Source: Arenicellales bacterium (GTDB taxonomy: Bacteria > Pseudomonadota > Gammaproteobacteria > Arenicellales > JAJDZL01). From it: a stretch of 64,000 nucleotides of DNA. Below the pieces are notes generated by a model, which saw only the letters and a list, made by a program, of their open reading frames with translations, was not told the origin of the DNA and did not search any database. The position numbers and the translations under genes were made by a program. Below, piece by piece: positions 8,504-16,989 of the stretch. Position 1 is the stretch's first letter. Every line of letters begins with the position of its first letter. The stretch spans positions 3,541,748 through 3,605,747 of the forward strand of contig OY762925.1 of NCBI GenBank assembly GCA_963666625.1. The letters are read 5' to 3'.

Positions 8504-9688
8504 TCAGTTTCTGGCCGCAATTTTCAGAGCCTGTGAAGGGTTTGATGTTCCATCGCCCGTCTCGTTGCCCGGTTCGAACAAAACGCCTGACCAGAGTCCC
8601 TCCACCGAGTTAACCCCAAGTTGTGCGATTGCGGTATCGATATCCTGCGCAAAACAATCCAGAAGCGTCGACAGACCGTTTTTTCCACCGGCTCCCAAGG
8701 CGAACAGAACCGGTCGTCCGAGCATGACGAAATCCGCACCGAGTGCCAGTGCCTTCACCACGTCCTCGCCGTTGCGAACACCGCTGTCAAACAACAGCGG
8801 CATGTCGGTACCAAGGGCTTCGCGAACCCGCGGCAGGAGATCGATGGCCGCTGGGACACTGTCCAGTTGCCGACCGCCATGACTTGAAACGTAGACGGCA
8901 TCGGCACCCGCGTCTCGGACACGAACCGCATCCCAAGCACAGGTGATTCCCTTGACAATGAGGTTTCCTTTCCATGTTCTTCGTAACTTATCTAGGAAAT
9001 CCCAATCCGCCCCTGCTCGGCTTGCGTCCCGAACGAAGTTATCGCCTTTACCAATGTTTTTAGGAGAAGGGACACCCGCCGCCAGAGTCGACAGGGACCA
9101 GCGTGGATGGGTCGCAAAATCAAGGAAAGATGTCAGGGTCAGTTTGAACGGAACATTGAATCCGTTTCGCTGATCGCGAACCCGCCGCGAAACCTGCGGA
9201 ACATCGACAGTCAGCACCAAGGTGTCGTAACCGGCATCACCCGCCCGGTCCACTGCTACCAGCGACGATTCTTCTGATTGTCCATAGTACAGTTGAAACC
9301 AGGCGCGGGACTCCGCCCACTCTCGCATGTCTTCAAGCGTGCTTGACGCAGCAGAAGAGACACACACCGGTATGGCAAGCCTCGCCGCCGTCTCGGCGAG
9401 GATGCGGTCTGCGCCCGGACAGACCAGATTACACATCCCCATGGGTGCAATTCCGAAGGGAACACCGAACTTCTGCCCCAGAATCTCTGTCGCGAGGCTT
9501 CGCGATGCGACATTCTCCATGACGCGCGGCTGTAGGCAAATTTCGTCAAACCGCGCTTCATTTCGCCTCTTTCCGACCTCTCGCCCTGCCGCGCCATCGA
9601 TGAAATCGAACACCAGGCGCGGCAACCGCCGTTTCGCCAATCGGCGCGCATCCTCAGTAGAAAACAATTTTGTCCTCGTCGACAGCAT
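8504..9688 (-). CDS. FMN-dependent alpha-hydroxy-acid oxidase/dehydrogenase (LldD / glycolate oxidase family)
   Basis: 394 aa. Family blocks PFGIAPMG, VLTVDVP, VSSHGGRQLD, DSGVRNGEDVVKALALGA. Confidence 0.8.
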   Translation of the reverse strand: MLSTRTKLFSTEDARRLAKRRLPRLVFDFIDGAAGREVGKRRNEARFDEICLQPRVMENVASRSLATEILGQKFGVPFGIAPMGMCNLVCPGADRILAETAARLAIPVCVSSAASSTLEDMREWAESRAWFQLYYGQSEESSLVAVDRAGDAGYDTLVLTVDVPQVSRRVRDQRNGFNVPFKLTLTSFLDFATHPRWSLSTLAAGVPSPKNIGKGDNFVRDASRAGADWDFLDKLRRTWKGNLIVKGITCAWDAVRVRDAGADAVYVSSHGGRQLDSVPAAIDLLPRVREALGTDMPLLFDSGVRNGEDVVKALALGADFVMLGRPVLFALGAGGKNGLSTLLDCFAQDIDTAIAQLGVNSVEGLWSGVLFEPGNETGDGTSNPSQALKIAARN

Positions 9689-9764
9689 CCAGTCTCCAGT
9701 TTCTTATGAGCTACAATTCCGGAAAACCATACAAAGAGGCTCTCCTACTACGACCAATCGAAAA

Positions 9765-10041
9765 CTACGCAGCACTGACTTGACGACGTGCTTGCGCGAG
9801 TTCATAACTTGCCTGAAGACGCATCCACTGATCAGCTGTACCCCAACCGATATTTTCCAATGCAATTGCCATTTTCGCTGAAATCCCAGCCTTACCATTT
9901 AAAAGACGTGATTAACGTCCCTCGCTCACAACCGAGACGTGATGCCGTCTCCGTTACACTCCACTCCGATTCGTTCATGTTTTCACGAATCAACTCACCA
10001 AGATGAGGCGGATTGAAAATCGGCTTTACTCGAATACTCAC
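9765..10041 (-). pseudogene. HigA/VapI-type XRE antitoxin gene with a frameshift
   Basis: GTG-started frame gives MSIRVKPIFNPPHLGELIRENMNESEWSVTETASRLGCERGTLI. It then shifts frame near 9905-9915 and continues RLLNGKAGISAKMAIALENIGWGTADQWMRLQASYELAQARRQVSAA. The span is 277 nt, not a multiple of 3. Confidence 0.6.
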
Positions 10042-10282
10042 GCCTATTCCTCCCAAAATACTTTATTGTACCGAGTGCTCAAAGCTCAATGACAATGTTT
10101 TAGTGGAGAATATCGGGGCAATTGCTACCGCTTGCCACCATTTGCAAGTTACTATCGTTTTGGGTTTTACCAATCACGAAATTGCAGTGAGTAAAAAGTC
10201 AGTAGTTGTACTACAAAGGAAATGAAACCAAATCCGAAACCCTTACCCATCAAAGGTAATTTCGTCGATTGGCCGGCATTTT

Positions 10283-10450
10283 TTACTGGTTCTGGAGGGT
10301 TTTGAGAATTTTTGTCCTCTTTTCGATTTCAATCATTTCGTTCAGTGTTTTACACACTTTCGAAGATTGAAATAGCTCATTCGCATCAACGTATTGTGAT
10401 CCTCTTGATGTGACATAGACTTTCGGCTTGTCGTCAGATATTTTTTTCAT
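10283..10450 (-). CDS. Small hypothetical protein (55 aa)
   Basis: ORF only (MKKISDDKPKVYVTSRGSQYVDANELF...). No recognisable motif. Start moved to the internal ATG. Confidence 0.25.
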   Translation of the reverse strand: MKKISDDKPKVYVTSRGSQYVDANELFQSSKVCKTLNEMIEIEKRTKILKTLQNQ

Positions 10451-10528
10451 TGAACCGCTTCTCGAGTAGTTAGTCAATTCTTGTACAATACAGATTCCTC
10501 GCCTACATCTCGTTGGTACCGCACTGTT

Positions 10529-10813
10529 TTACATAGCGATTCGCTCAAGAGGTCGGATGCCGCTAACATTGATACTTGCGTTCGCAACGTCATAGTTATT
10601 TTGTAAATTAAGCCAAAATTGAGGCGTCGATCCAAAAAAGCAGGACAGACGCAATGCTGTATCTACAGTAATCGGAGAAGTTTCCTTTACTAATCGTTCA
10701 ATACGACTACGCGGTACACCTATTCGTTTAGCAAGCTCGCCGGCACTCATCTGCAGCGGTATAAGAAATTCAAACTTCAAAATTTCGCCTGGATGACATG
10801 GTTGTTTTAGCAT
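10529..10813 (-). CDS. higA: HigA-family antitoxin (XRE-type HTH)
   Basis: MLKQPCHPGEILKFEFLIPLQMSAGELAKRIGVPRSRIERLV...FWLNLQNNYD is the typical HigA layout. It lies 16 nt downstream of the higB-like frame. The ORF-track TTG start at 10843 was rejected in favour of the ATG at 10813. Confidence 0.8.
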   Translation of the reverse strand: MLKQPCHPGEILKFEFLIPLQMSAGELAKRIGVPRSRIERLVKETSPITVDTALRLSCFFGSTPQFWLNLQNNYDVANASINVSGIRPLERIAM

Positions 10814-10829
10814 GACCAGAACGTCCTCC

Positions 10830-11078
10830 TCAGTGATAATCAATTATTTCAACATCCGTCGGTCCTTGATCTGTCCAAACAAAACAAATTCTCCACTGAT
10901 CATTAATGCGAATAGAGTATTGCTCTTTGCGATCTCCTTTCAACTTCTCAAGACGATTGCCAGGAATGACGCGAAGATCATCTAAAGAATGGGCTGAATT
11001 GAGCGCAGTTATTTTTCGTCTTGCATTTCTGAAGACTTCTATGGGGAATCCTTTCTTCGGATAACCTTCAAGTACGGA
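10830..11078 (-). pseudogene. higB: HigB (plasmid-maintenance-killer / RelE-superfamily) toxin gene lacking its 5' end and start codon
   Basis: Open frame ...[78 protein letters not shown]. It is bounded upstream by an in-frame TAA (11079-11081). There is no in-frame ATG or GTG, and about 8-10 N-terminal codons are missing. Confidence 0.65.
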
Positions 11079-11126
11079 TTAAATCAATCTGCCTTTTGTA
11101 GATCTTATCATTATCATCGCTTCAAT

Positions 11127-11145
11127 TGTATCATGTGATGATACA
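11127..11145. promoter_or_regulatory. Palindrome TGTATCAT-GTG-ATGATACA upstream of the higBA module (candidate operator)
   Basis: 8-bp perfect inverted arms with a 3-nt spacer, about 50 nt upstream of the higB-like frame. TA operators are typically palindromes in this position. Confidence 0.3.
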
Positions 11146-11265
11146 TGTTTGGCAAATTTCGTACGATGTTGTTGAATTGACTTTATTCATCAATGACCAA
11201 ATCCGACAATAGACAACGATAAACGATCAAGCCAGTTTTGAGAGGATGGGATACGAATGTGCGGA

Positions 11266-11490
11266 TCAATTTGTGCCTGCTACATCAAGCGTTTGGGCAA
11301 ACTGCTGCAGAAACACAACCGCAGGCTTCTCAACAGCCAGCACCATCATATGCGCGCCGCCTGACACCTGGAACACTTCCCCCGCTCCTATATTTCGTCC
11401 ATCTGTCGCTGGATGCGTCCGGGAGCCGAAAATTTTTCAATTTCGCAACGGCTGCTGTCAGGTCGACCACCGGACCCGGTCATTTTTCAC
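11266..11490 (-). pseudogene. Possible alpha/beta-hydrolase C-terminal gene fragment (frameshifted)
   Basis: Minus-strand frames read ...VVDLTAAVAKLK / KIFGSRTHPATDGRNIGAGEVFQVSGGAHMMVLAVEKPAVVFLQQFAQTL*. The GGAHMMVLAVEKP...FL block resembles the catalytic-His end of alpha/beta hydrolases. The patch is locally GC-rich within the AT-rich island. Confidence 0.3.
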
Positions 11491-11580
11491 ATTCTGATAT
11501 ATGATTATGGTAGTTTTCTGGCAGACACTGGATAGCCAGCATTGATGTATGCTGATCGCCTCAGGAATACTGAAGACTCT

Positions 11581-13065
11581 ATGGCAAAAACTTCCGAAAA
11601 TAACAAAGCTCCATTCTTATTGGAGCGCGTGATGAAGCTGATGGCAGGGACAGAGTGGCAAGAGCGTATGCAAAGCCACTTTTCGGAATTCTACATGCCT
11701 GCGGCGCGGCGCAACAAAATGACTGGCGTAGAATATTTGGTCAAAGCAGGGGTGGAACGATTGGCGTTCATTTCCCGATTTGTGCTTGACGACTTTATGA
11801 CACGCTGGTACGGCAAGAATGGGGAGTTGAATCTTGTTCACAACTTCATACGAAATATTTCTGGGATCGACAAGGATTTCCACCTTGCCCAAGAATTTGA
11901 GATATACGAATTGATAGCCGAATCCAGACCCACTATGTATGAAGTCGTTGATGTTACGCGGGGAGTGAGGACCGTATTGAGAGACATGATATACGGCGGC
12001 GAAGACATCGTTATCGAAGAAACTGTCACGCTCTCAGAAATGACTGAACTATGGCAATGTCTCGCTGGCAGAGCAGTTCTGCACGATGACGTGCCGTTCT
12101 TATCGCCGAACTTTCTACCTTTCGATCAACAAATGGCAGGCGATTTCTTGGACAAGCTTGAGAGGATCATTGAAGAAAAGCTAAATTCGGCCGGTGCTGA
12201 CGAAAAATCGGGAAATACAACCTCCCAAGTCACTCGGGAAGATATTCTTGCAGGTCTGCCAATGTCTCAGATGTTAGCGGATTCCTGGAATGCTGCGATA
12301 GACGAGCGTGGTGGAATGCGATTTGGACTGCCGCCTCCGACTCTGGGCACAGTAGAGGGAGGAATTGTTGAGATCTGTGAGGTCACGTTTCGCGCCAGTG
12401 ACGAACTTCAACGGATCGCCGAGAGACTCGACGCGATTCCATCGCTTTCGAGAATTACGGGTGAAGATCGCAAGTGGAATTGGAATTTACCCAGAGAGGG
12501 GTTGGCCGAATACTTGCAGGCCATAGTGGAGTCCGAGGATCACGAGTTGTCGGACGAACGATCCGAAGTTAACTCCAATCACGAGGAATGGCTCGGCATT
12601 GTCGAACTCAATCCCAGAACGCTCACGCTATGGGTTCCCTCGAAGCCAAGAGCCGAAGCCGGTGAAAAGCTTTTAATAAGCTGCCTGGGTGATCTGGTAA
12701 CAAATCCGATGCTGACCTACACGAATTCGCATGAAGAAACCAAAAAAATATTGGATTCGTTAAAGCCGGGGTTGAACGAACTTTCGATGCCGGAGATTTT
12801 CACAAGCATGCACGGCTATTTTCGCAACCTGTACTACGGCAGTGCGATCGACATCCCTTCACGAGAGTATGACGATATGACTCCGCGTGAAATGGCACTT
12901 TCGTCCCGTGAACGACGAAAGGCGCTCGAATGGCTGAAAATGCGCGAGTGTACGGACCGTGTTATCTGCCGAGAGCATGGGTTGGATTTGTATGATTTCA
13001 CTTGGATGTGGCAGGAATTGGGGTTTAGTACCAGCCAGAGCCACGCTGATGATTCTGAGCAATAG
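11581..13065 (+). CDS. Hypothetical protein (about 494 aa), no recognisable domain
   Basis: Long uninterrupted ORF with a coding-like composition. Start taken at MAKTSENNK (the ORF-track start is 11542). No motif I can assign. Confidence 0.5.
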   Translation: MAKTSENNKAPFLLERVMKLMAGTEWQERMQSHFSEFYMPAARRNKMTGVEYLVKAGVERLAFISRFVLDDFMTRWYGKNGELNLVHNFIRNISGIDKDFHLAQEFEIYELIAESRPTMYEVVDVTRGVRTVLRDMIYGGEDIVIEETVTLSEMTELWQCLAGRAVLHDDVPFLSPNFLPFDQQMAGDFLDKLERIIEEKLNSAGADEKSGNTTSQVTREDILAGLPMSQMLADSWNAAIDERGGMRFGLPPPTLGTVEGGIVEICEVTFRASDELQRIAERLDAIPSLSRITGEDRKWNWNLPREGLAEYLQAIVESEDHELSDERSEVNSNHEEWLGIVELNPRTLTLWVPSKPRAEAGEKLLISCLGDLVTNPMLTYTNSHEETKKILDSLKPGLNELSMPEIFTSMHGYFRNLYYGSAIDIPSREYDDMTPREMALSSRERRKALEWLKMRECTDRVICREHGLDLYDFTWMWQELGFSTSQSHADDSEQ

Positions 13066-13123
13066 GGCGGGTGCTGTATATCGATGAATTTCTATCAGAT
13101 CTGATTTTACGTCCGCAGTAAGA

Positions 13124-13423
13124 CTAAAACTGTTTGTGTGCCTTACAAATTAATCGTGGTGACCACTTTCTTAACTCATCGAGGAATTGTTCTCCATCCA
13201 CCATATTTTGAACTGCAATATCTTCATCAACCTGTGCTGCTCTCATCTGCAGTACTTGCAATTTCAAGTTCTCGAACCGTTCGTAGTCTTCCACCGAAAT
13301 TACAACAGCAACAGCTTTTCCGTACCTATTAAATTGAACAGGAGTGCGTTGTGCCTTCAGCAGCAATGTTCCGAAATTGGTTTTTGCCTCATTGGCACTC
13401 AATGTCTCATGCATATTCATCAA
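13124..13423 (-). CDS. Phd/YefM-family antitoxin (no adjacent toxin gene)
   Basis: N-terminus ETLSANEAKTNFGTLLLKAQRTPVQFNRYGKAVAVVISVEDYERFENL is the classical Phd/YefM fold signature. The gene downstream is convergent, so no cognate toxin is present. Confidence 0.7.
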   Translation of the reverse strand: MMNMHETLSANEAKTNFGTLLLKAQRTPVQFNRYGKAVAVVISVEDYERFENLKLQVLQMRAAQVDEDIAVQNMVDGEQFLDELRKWSPRLICKAHKQF

Positions 13424-13559
13424 CCCTCTTTAATCGTTCGATTTAATCGATTCGTTCAATATAAACGGTTCGATCTAATTTTGTAATTTGATTCACTTGA
13501 ATACGTATTCGAAGTCCATGAATGGGTCTTCGAAATAACATCAAATGTATGGCTTGAGA

Positions 13560-13912
13560 TGAAGCACAAAAATCGCACGATGGAAAAATCTTTGCTCAGT
13601 TTGGTAAAGCGCTACACCAGTTCTCGGATTCAACCGTACCTTAAGTCACTCATCCTGACATCGGCCAACTATAATTCGTCGCCAAATACTCAATCTACAC
13701 GATCGCCCGCCTCGAAAACACGCCCTCCGAAAGAATTACCGAAAGCGGTTCGACTACCTTTTGAGTTCACCTTGTTGGATACTGCAGCTCCGCCTCTATA
13801 CCAACAAATTTCAGCTAAATCAGTTCAACTCCATCAGCTCGGTTTGAGCAAGAATTCTATTGCCGCAAAGCTGAATGTCGATGAAAAGACCGTATCCAAA
13901 GCAATTCGGTGG
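13560..13912 (+). repeat. Junction module C: decayed serine-recombinase 3' end fused directly to the conserved HTH 'tail' (no ssrA mimic)
   Basis: 13640-13758 aligns by eye with 34240-34346 of the intact recombinase (for example CTCGAAAACACGCCCTCCGAAAGAATTACCGAAAGCGGTTCGACTAC). 13759-13912 encodes [51 protein letters not shown], 42/51 identical to the tail at 17246-17414. The 141-aa ORF 13559-13984 is a chimera of these remnants. Confidence 0.65.
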
Positions 13913-13953
13913 ATAAATGAAATCTGGTATCACTCTTTTAGTGACTATTGCAA

Positions 13954-14585
13954 CTACGCATCGATCTTCAGATGTTGCAGGTAGTCCACAAGCGAGTGAA
14001 TTTCTGTACTTGGGTTTGGGTTGTTTGTTTTCCTGCCATCGTCAATTGTTCGTTGGGCATTCGCTTTTGCGTCTTCCAGTCGGTCCTCAAGATCCTGAAA
14101 CACCCACCCTGCCCTTTTTTGTAGTTTGGAATATGTTTCTTCAAATCTCTTACGCAATTGTCGGCTGGACTTGCCTTACCTGATCTTGCGTATGGCTTGC
14201 GGGTGTAGCCGAAATGCAGAAGCAACCAAAATTCAAAGCACGGCCACGACCGTGCCAGTTTTAGTTTATTTGCCTTGGCGAATGCACAGGCTTCATCATA
14301 TGTTGCATGCTCATCTCTGTCAAAGACACAAAAGACGATGTCGAATTTCTCTCCGAGATTCAGTTCCCTCTTCTGAAGGTCAAGTGCTGCATTCACTACG
14401 GTAATCGGGGCCGACCCTTCATTGACTACCACTACATCAGCTACATTTAGTCTGTACCGATTCCTAATCTCGATGAAGTAATACGGCTCCGTCTTCGCAC
14501 CTTCGCAGACAATGAGAACGCGGTTGTAGGATTCGCGATTCAGTAATTTCTGTTTTGAGAACTTGCGCGGTTTCCGCCTGGCCAT
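13954..14585 (-). pseudogene. RloB-like protein gene (AbiLii-like), frameshifted
   Basis: N-terminal frame MARRKPRKFSKQ...VLIVCEGAKTEPYYF... carries the RloB signature. The conserved C-terminal part (VFQDLEDRLEDAKANAQRTIDDGRKTNNPNPSTEIHSLVDYLQHL) lies in another frame (ORF 13954-14157). The switch is near the A6-GGG run at about 14095-14125. Confidence 0.7.
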
Positions 14586-14595
14586 AGTGAATCCA

Positions 14596-15840
14596 CTAAA
14601 AGCGCTGTTCGAAGAACGGCAACGCTCCATACCTGCCGCTCAGGTATGACCGTTCAAGATTTTCCAGCCCCTTGCGAGGACTGAATTCCGCTAGCGGGAA
14701 CAAACGAGTCTCTTGTTTTTCGTTACGCTCACAGAACCAAATCTGATCGCGACGAAACACGGCTTGGTTCAGAATCGATGTATCGTGAGTCGTGAAGACC
14801 AGCTGAGCACCTCTTGCGTTTAGCCGAGGATCATGGAACTGATCGACCAAGTATCTGACCAGCGCAGGATGAAGACTGGCATGCAATTCATCGAAGACGA
14901 TCACGTTCCCATTCTTCAGGCTGTCAAGCCATGGACCAGCCAAAGCGAAGATTCGTTGTGTTCCGTCCGATTCATCTTCAAGTTGCAACTCACTCGGGGA
15001 ACTATTACCAGTATTGTGGCTCAGTCGCAGTTCGGGAAATTTCTTTCCAGCCATCATATCCTCTAGATATGGACTCAAATCCGGGTCCATGTCTGTTTGA
15101 AGTTGTCGCGGTTGAAATTCTTTCTCCACAACATGGATATCCGCAATGCCGAAATCGGCTACATTCAGAAAGTCAACAATCTCACGCTTGCGTTGGTCGC
15201 GGCACCAAGACATTGAATATGAGTTTATCCAGCCTTGAGTGTCGGTCACTTTCAACCTCTTCTTGAACCAATTGTAGATCGGTCGTAATTGTTCGCTGTT
15301 TAATGAAACTGCGGTTGACAGATACAGCGCATCGGGTCGGGTCGCGCGTTGCCAGACTTTCTTATCTCCTGTGAGGTTGGGACCAAAATCCCATGCATTC
15401 TCTGTGCGCTCAAACAAAACCTGGAGACGCCCGCGGGGCCAAGCGAAGAGCCACTCGTCAATTATTTGATGGCGAGTAGCTCTGAATCCATACTGGTACC
15501 TGACTCCTTCGGCAATACATAAGACTTCCAGCATTGTCGCCTCGTTCTCATTATTAGGGTCCAGACGAAATGGGGTCACCGGCAACTCAGCAAGGTGTTC
15601 AGTCGAGCGGGTGACAATGTATTTCATCGCACCCAACGCGTTGACCAAATTGCTCTTGCCAGCGGCGTTCGGTCCGTAAATGGCGATTGAGCGCACAAGC
15701 GGTTCATTGCGCACATTTCCCGAGAGTTCGGGCTTGACCAGGTGCGTGTCGCGCTGCTCGTTTCCGCGACCCGCAACCAGATTCAGCCGCGCCTCGTCGC
15801 GAATGGATTTGAAATTTTCGACCGTAAACTCTACAAGCAT
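14596..15840 (-). CDS. AAA-family ATPase (AAA_21 / RloA / AbiLi-like)
   Basis: Walker A YGPNAAGKSN, Walker B VIVFDELHASLHP, and C-terminal FTTHD block. It sits immediately upstream of the RloB-like gene (10-nt gap). Confidence 0.8.
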   Translation of the reverse strand: MLVEFTVENFKSIRDEARLNLVAGRGNEQRDTHLVKPELSGNVRNEPLVRSIAIYGPNAAGKSNLVNALGAMKYIVTRSTEHLAELPVTPFRLDPNNENEATMLEVLCIAEGVRYQYGFRATRHQIIDEWLFAWPRGRLQVLFERTENAWDFGPNLTGDKKVWQRATRPDALYLSTAVSLNSEQLRPIYNWFKKRLKVTDTQGWINSYSMSWCRDQRKREIVDFLNVADFGIADIHVVEKEFQPRQLQTDMDPDLSPYLEDMMAGKKFPELRLSHNTGNSSPSELQLEDESDGTQRIFALAGPWLDSLKNGNVIVFDELHASLHPALVRYLVDQFHDPRLNARGAQLVFTTHDTSILNQAVFRRDQIWFCERNEKQETRLFPLAEFSPRKGLENLERSYLSGRYGALPFFEQRF

Positions 15841-16084
15841 GTGAAAGTCAATCTAATGCATGATTTTGGCATTATATGACAAAACTTGATTCTAAATTCA
15901 ATTCAGTGCCAACAGGAAGCGGAAAACAACTACCTTTGTCGACCTGTCCAATAGATTCATCAATTTATGTCAATTACTATAATCTTTCACTATTCCAAAC
16001 ATCTAATCCGACCCTTAACTCTTTTGTAAGCGGGAGTTAGACTATGAACTATTGATGATGAATCGAAGACTTTTAGAGATAACC

Positions 16085-16200
16085 ACACCACTGACCGATT
16101 TGCTGAGTGCGGACAATGGTGCGGATTCCTACCTCTGGTGGACTTGGACGGTAAGAATCCGCACCGTCGCTAAAGTTCCGATTCAAGTTTATTTGCTTGA
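16085..16200 (+). repeat. Junction module D: short, degenerate recombinase-3'/ssrA-3'-end mimic
   Basis: TGGTGGACTTGGACGGTAAGAATCCGCACCGTC (16136-16168) resembles the antisense tmRNA 3' end (TGGTGGAGGTGGCGGGAATCGAACCCGCGTC). The preceding about 27 nt weakly resemble the recombinase 3' end. There is an 11-bp inverted repeat, GGTGCGGATTC (16118-16128) / GAATCCGCACC (16155-16165). Confidence 0.35.
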
Positions 16201-16218
16201 CTCATTTAGAATCCAAGT

Positions 16219-16641
16219 CTATGACTGATTGAACGGATTGACGATCGTAAGTTTTTCGATAATTTGACCGTCTTGTAAGTCTTCGCTGTAAAGGATTCTA
16301 CACTTGGCTTCAAGTGCAGCGGCCACAATTAGACTATCGTAAAACGAAAATCCGTAACGCCGCATAATTTCAAGCCCAAAGCGATAGTGTCGACCTGTCG
16401 GATTGACGGACCATAAAGGAACCAACACGTCTTCAAGAAATTGATGCGACTGTGCTGCTGTCGCACCTAACTTTCTCGTGATTACATTGATCGTCTCCTG
16501 AACAACCTGATAACTGATGTGCCCAATTCCTTCTCTCACTGCCGATTGAATCAAATCAACAGATCGTGTGCGTTTTTCACTATCTGTTTCATCAAATACG
16601 TATATGAATACATTTGAATCAATAAAGTACTTATCGTTCAT
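16219..16641 (-). CDS. vapC: PIN-domain ribonuclease toxin (VapC)
   Basis: 140 aa. YFIDSNVFIY (first acidic residue), SYQVVQE, FYDSLIVAAAL and YSEDLQDG fit the PIN acidic quartet. It overlaps the upstream antitoxin gene by 11 nt. Confidence 0.8.
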   Translation of the reverse strand: MNDKYFIDSNVFIYVFDETDSEKRTRSVDLIQSAVREGIGHISYQVVQETINVITRKLGATAAQSHQFLEDVLVPLWSVNPTGRHYRFGLEIMRRYGFSFYDSLIVAAALEAKCRILYSEDLQDGQIIEKLTIVNPFNQS

Positions 16642-16855
16642 TCATTTCTTCTCGAGAGAATTTACGGCCACCAGAAAAAATACTAGCTTGCAGTTCGCGA
16701 ATCGTTTCAATAGTTCGCTCACTTTTCTGTTCGCGCTGTACATAATTTTCCAACCACATTCGGAATTGTGCATTCAATGTCGTATTCTCAGTTGTTGCAC
16801 GTTGTCGCGCTTTTTCGATTAATTCAGCATCTGCACTAAGCGTTATGTTCTTCAT
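16631..16855 (-). CDS. vapB: VapB-type antitoxin (small DNA-binding protein)
   Basis: 74-aa ORF immediately upstream of, and overlapping, vapC (MKNITLSADAELIEKARQRATTENTTLNAQFRMWLENY). The assignment rests mainly on position and size. Confidence 0.6.
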   Translation of the reverse strand: MKNITLSADAELIEKARQRATTENTTLNAQFRMWLENYVQREQKSERTIETIRELQASIFSGGRKFSREEMNER

Positions 16856-16989
16856 TATTTCATCTCAAATTTAGTTACACGAAAATACTATACACTAATC
16901 TCGTGTTATTTTCACACGAAATTCATCGACATTTAGACTTTACCCTTCATCTTCTCTCGCTCAATTACTCGGACATAGTGTCGAGAATA

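Noticed and set aside
10042-10280. Search for a HigB/RelE-type toxin partner upstream of the frameshifted HigA-like gene.
   Set aside because: All three minus-strand frames are short and full of stop codons. Faint resemblances to the toxin C-terminus were not convincing enough to call even a pseudogene.
11238-11504. Plus-strand ORFs of 88 and 83 aa.
   Set aside because: They have no motifs and a Pro/Ser/Thr-rich composition. The opposite strand carries the more plausible, though still weak, alpha/beta-hydrolase C-terminal remnant.
13559-13984. The 141-aa ORF treated as a genuine gene.
   Set aside because: Its first two-thirds is an out-of-frame translation of a decayed recombinase 3' remnant. 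Its 3' end overlaps the rloB C-terminal frame. Only the HTH 'tail' segment (13759-13912) is conserved, so it is treated as a junction remnant rather than a gene.
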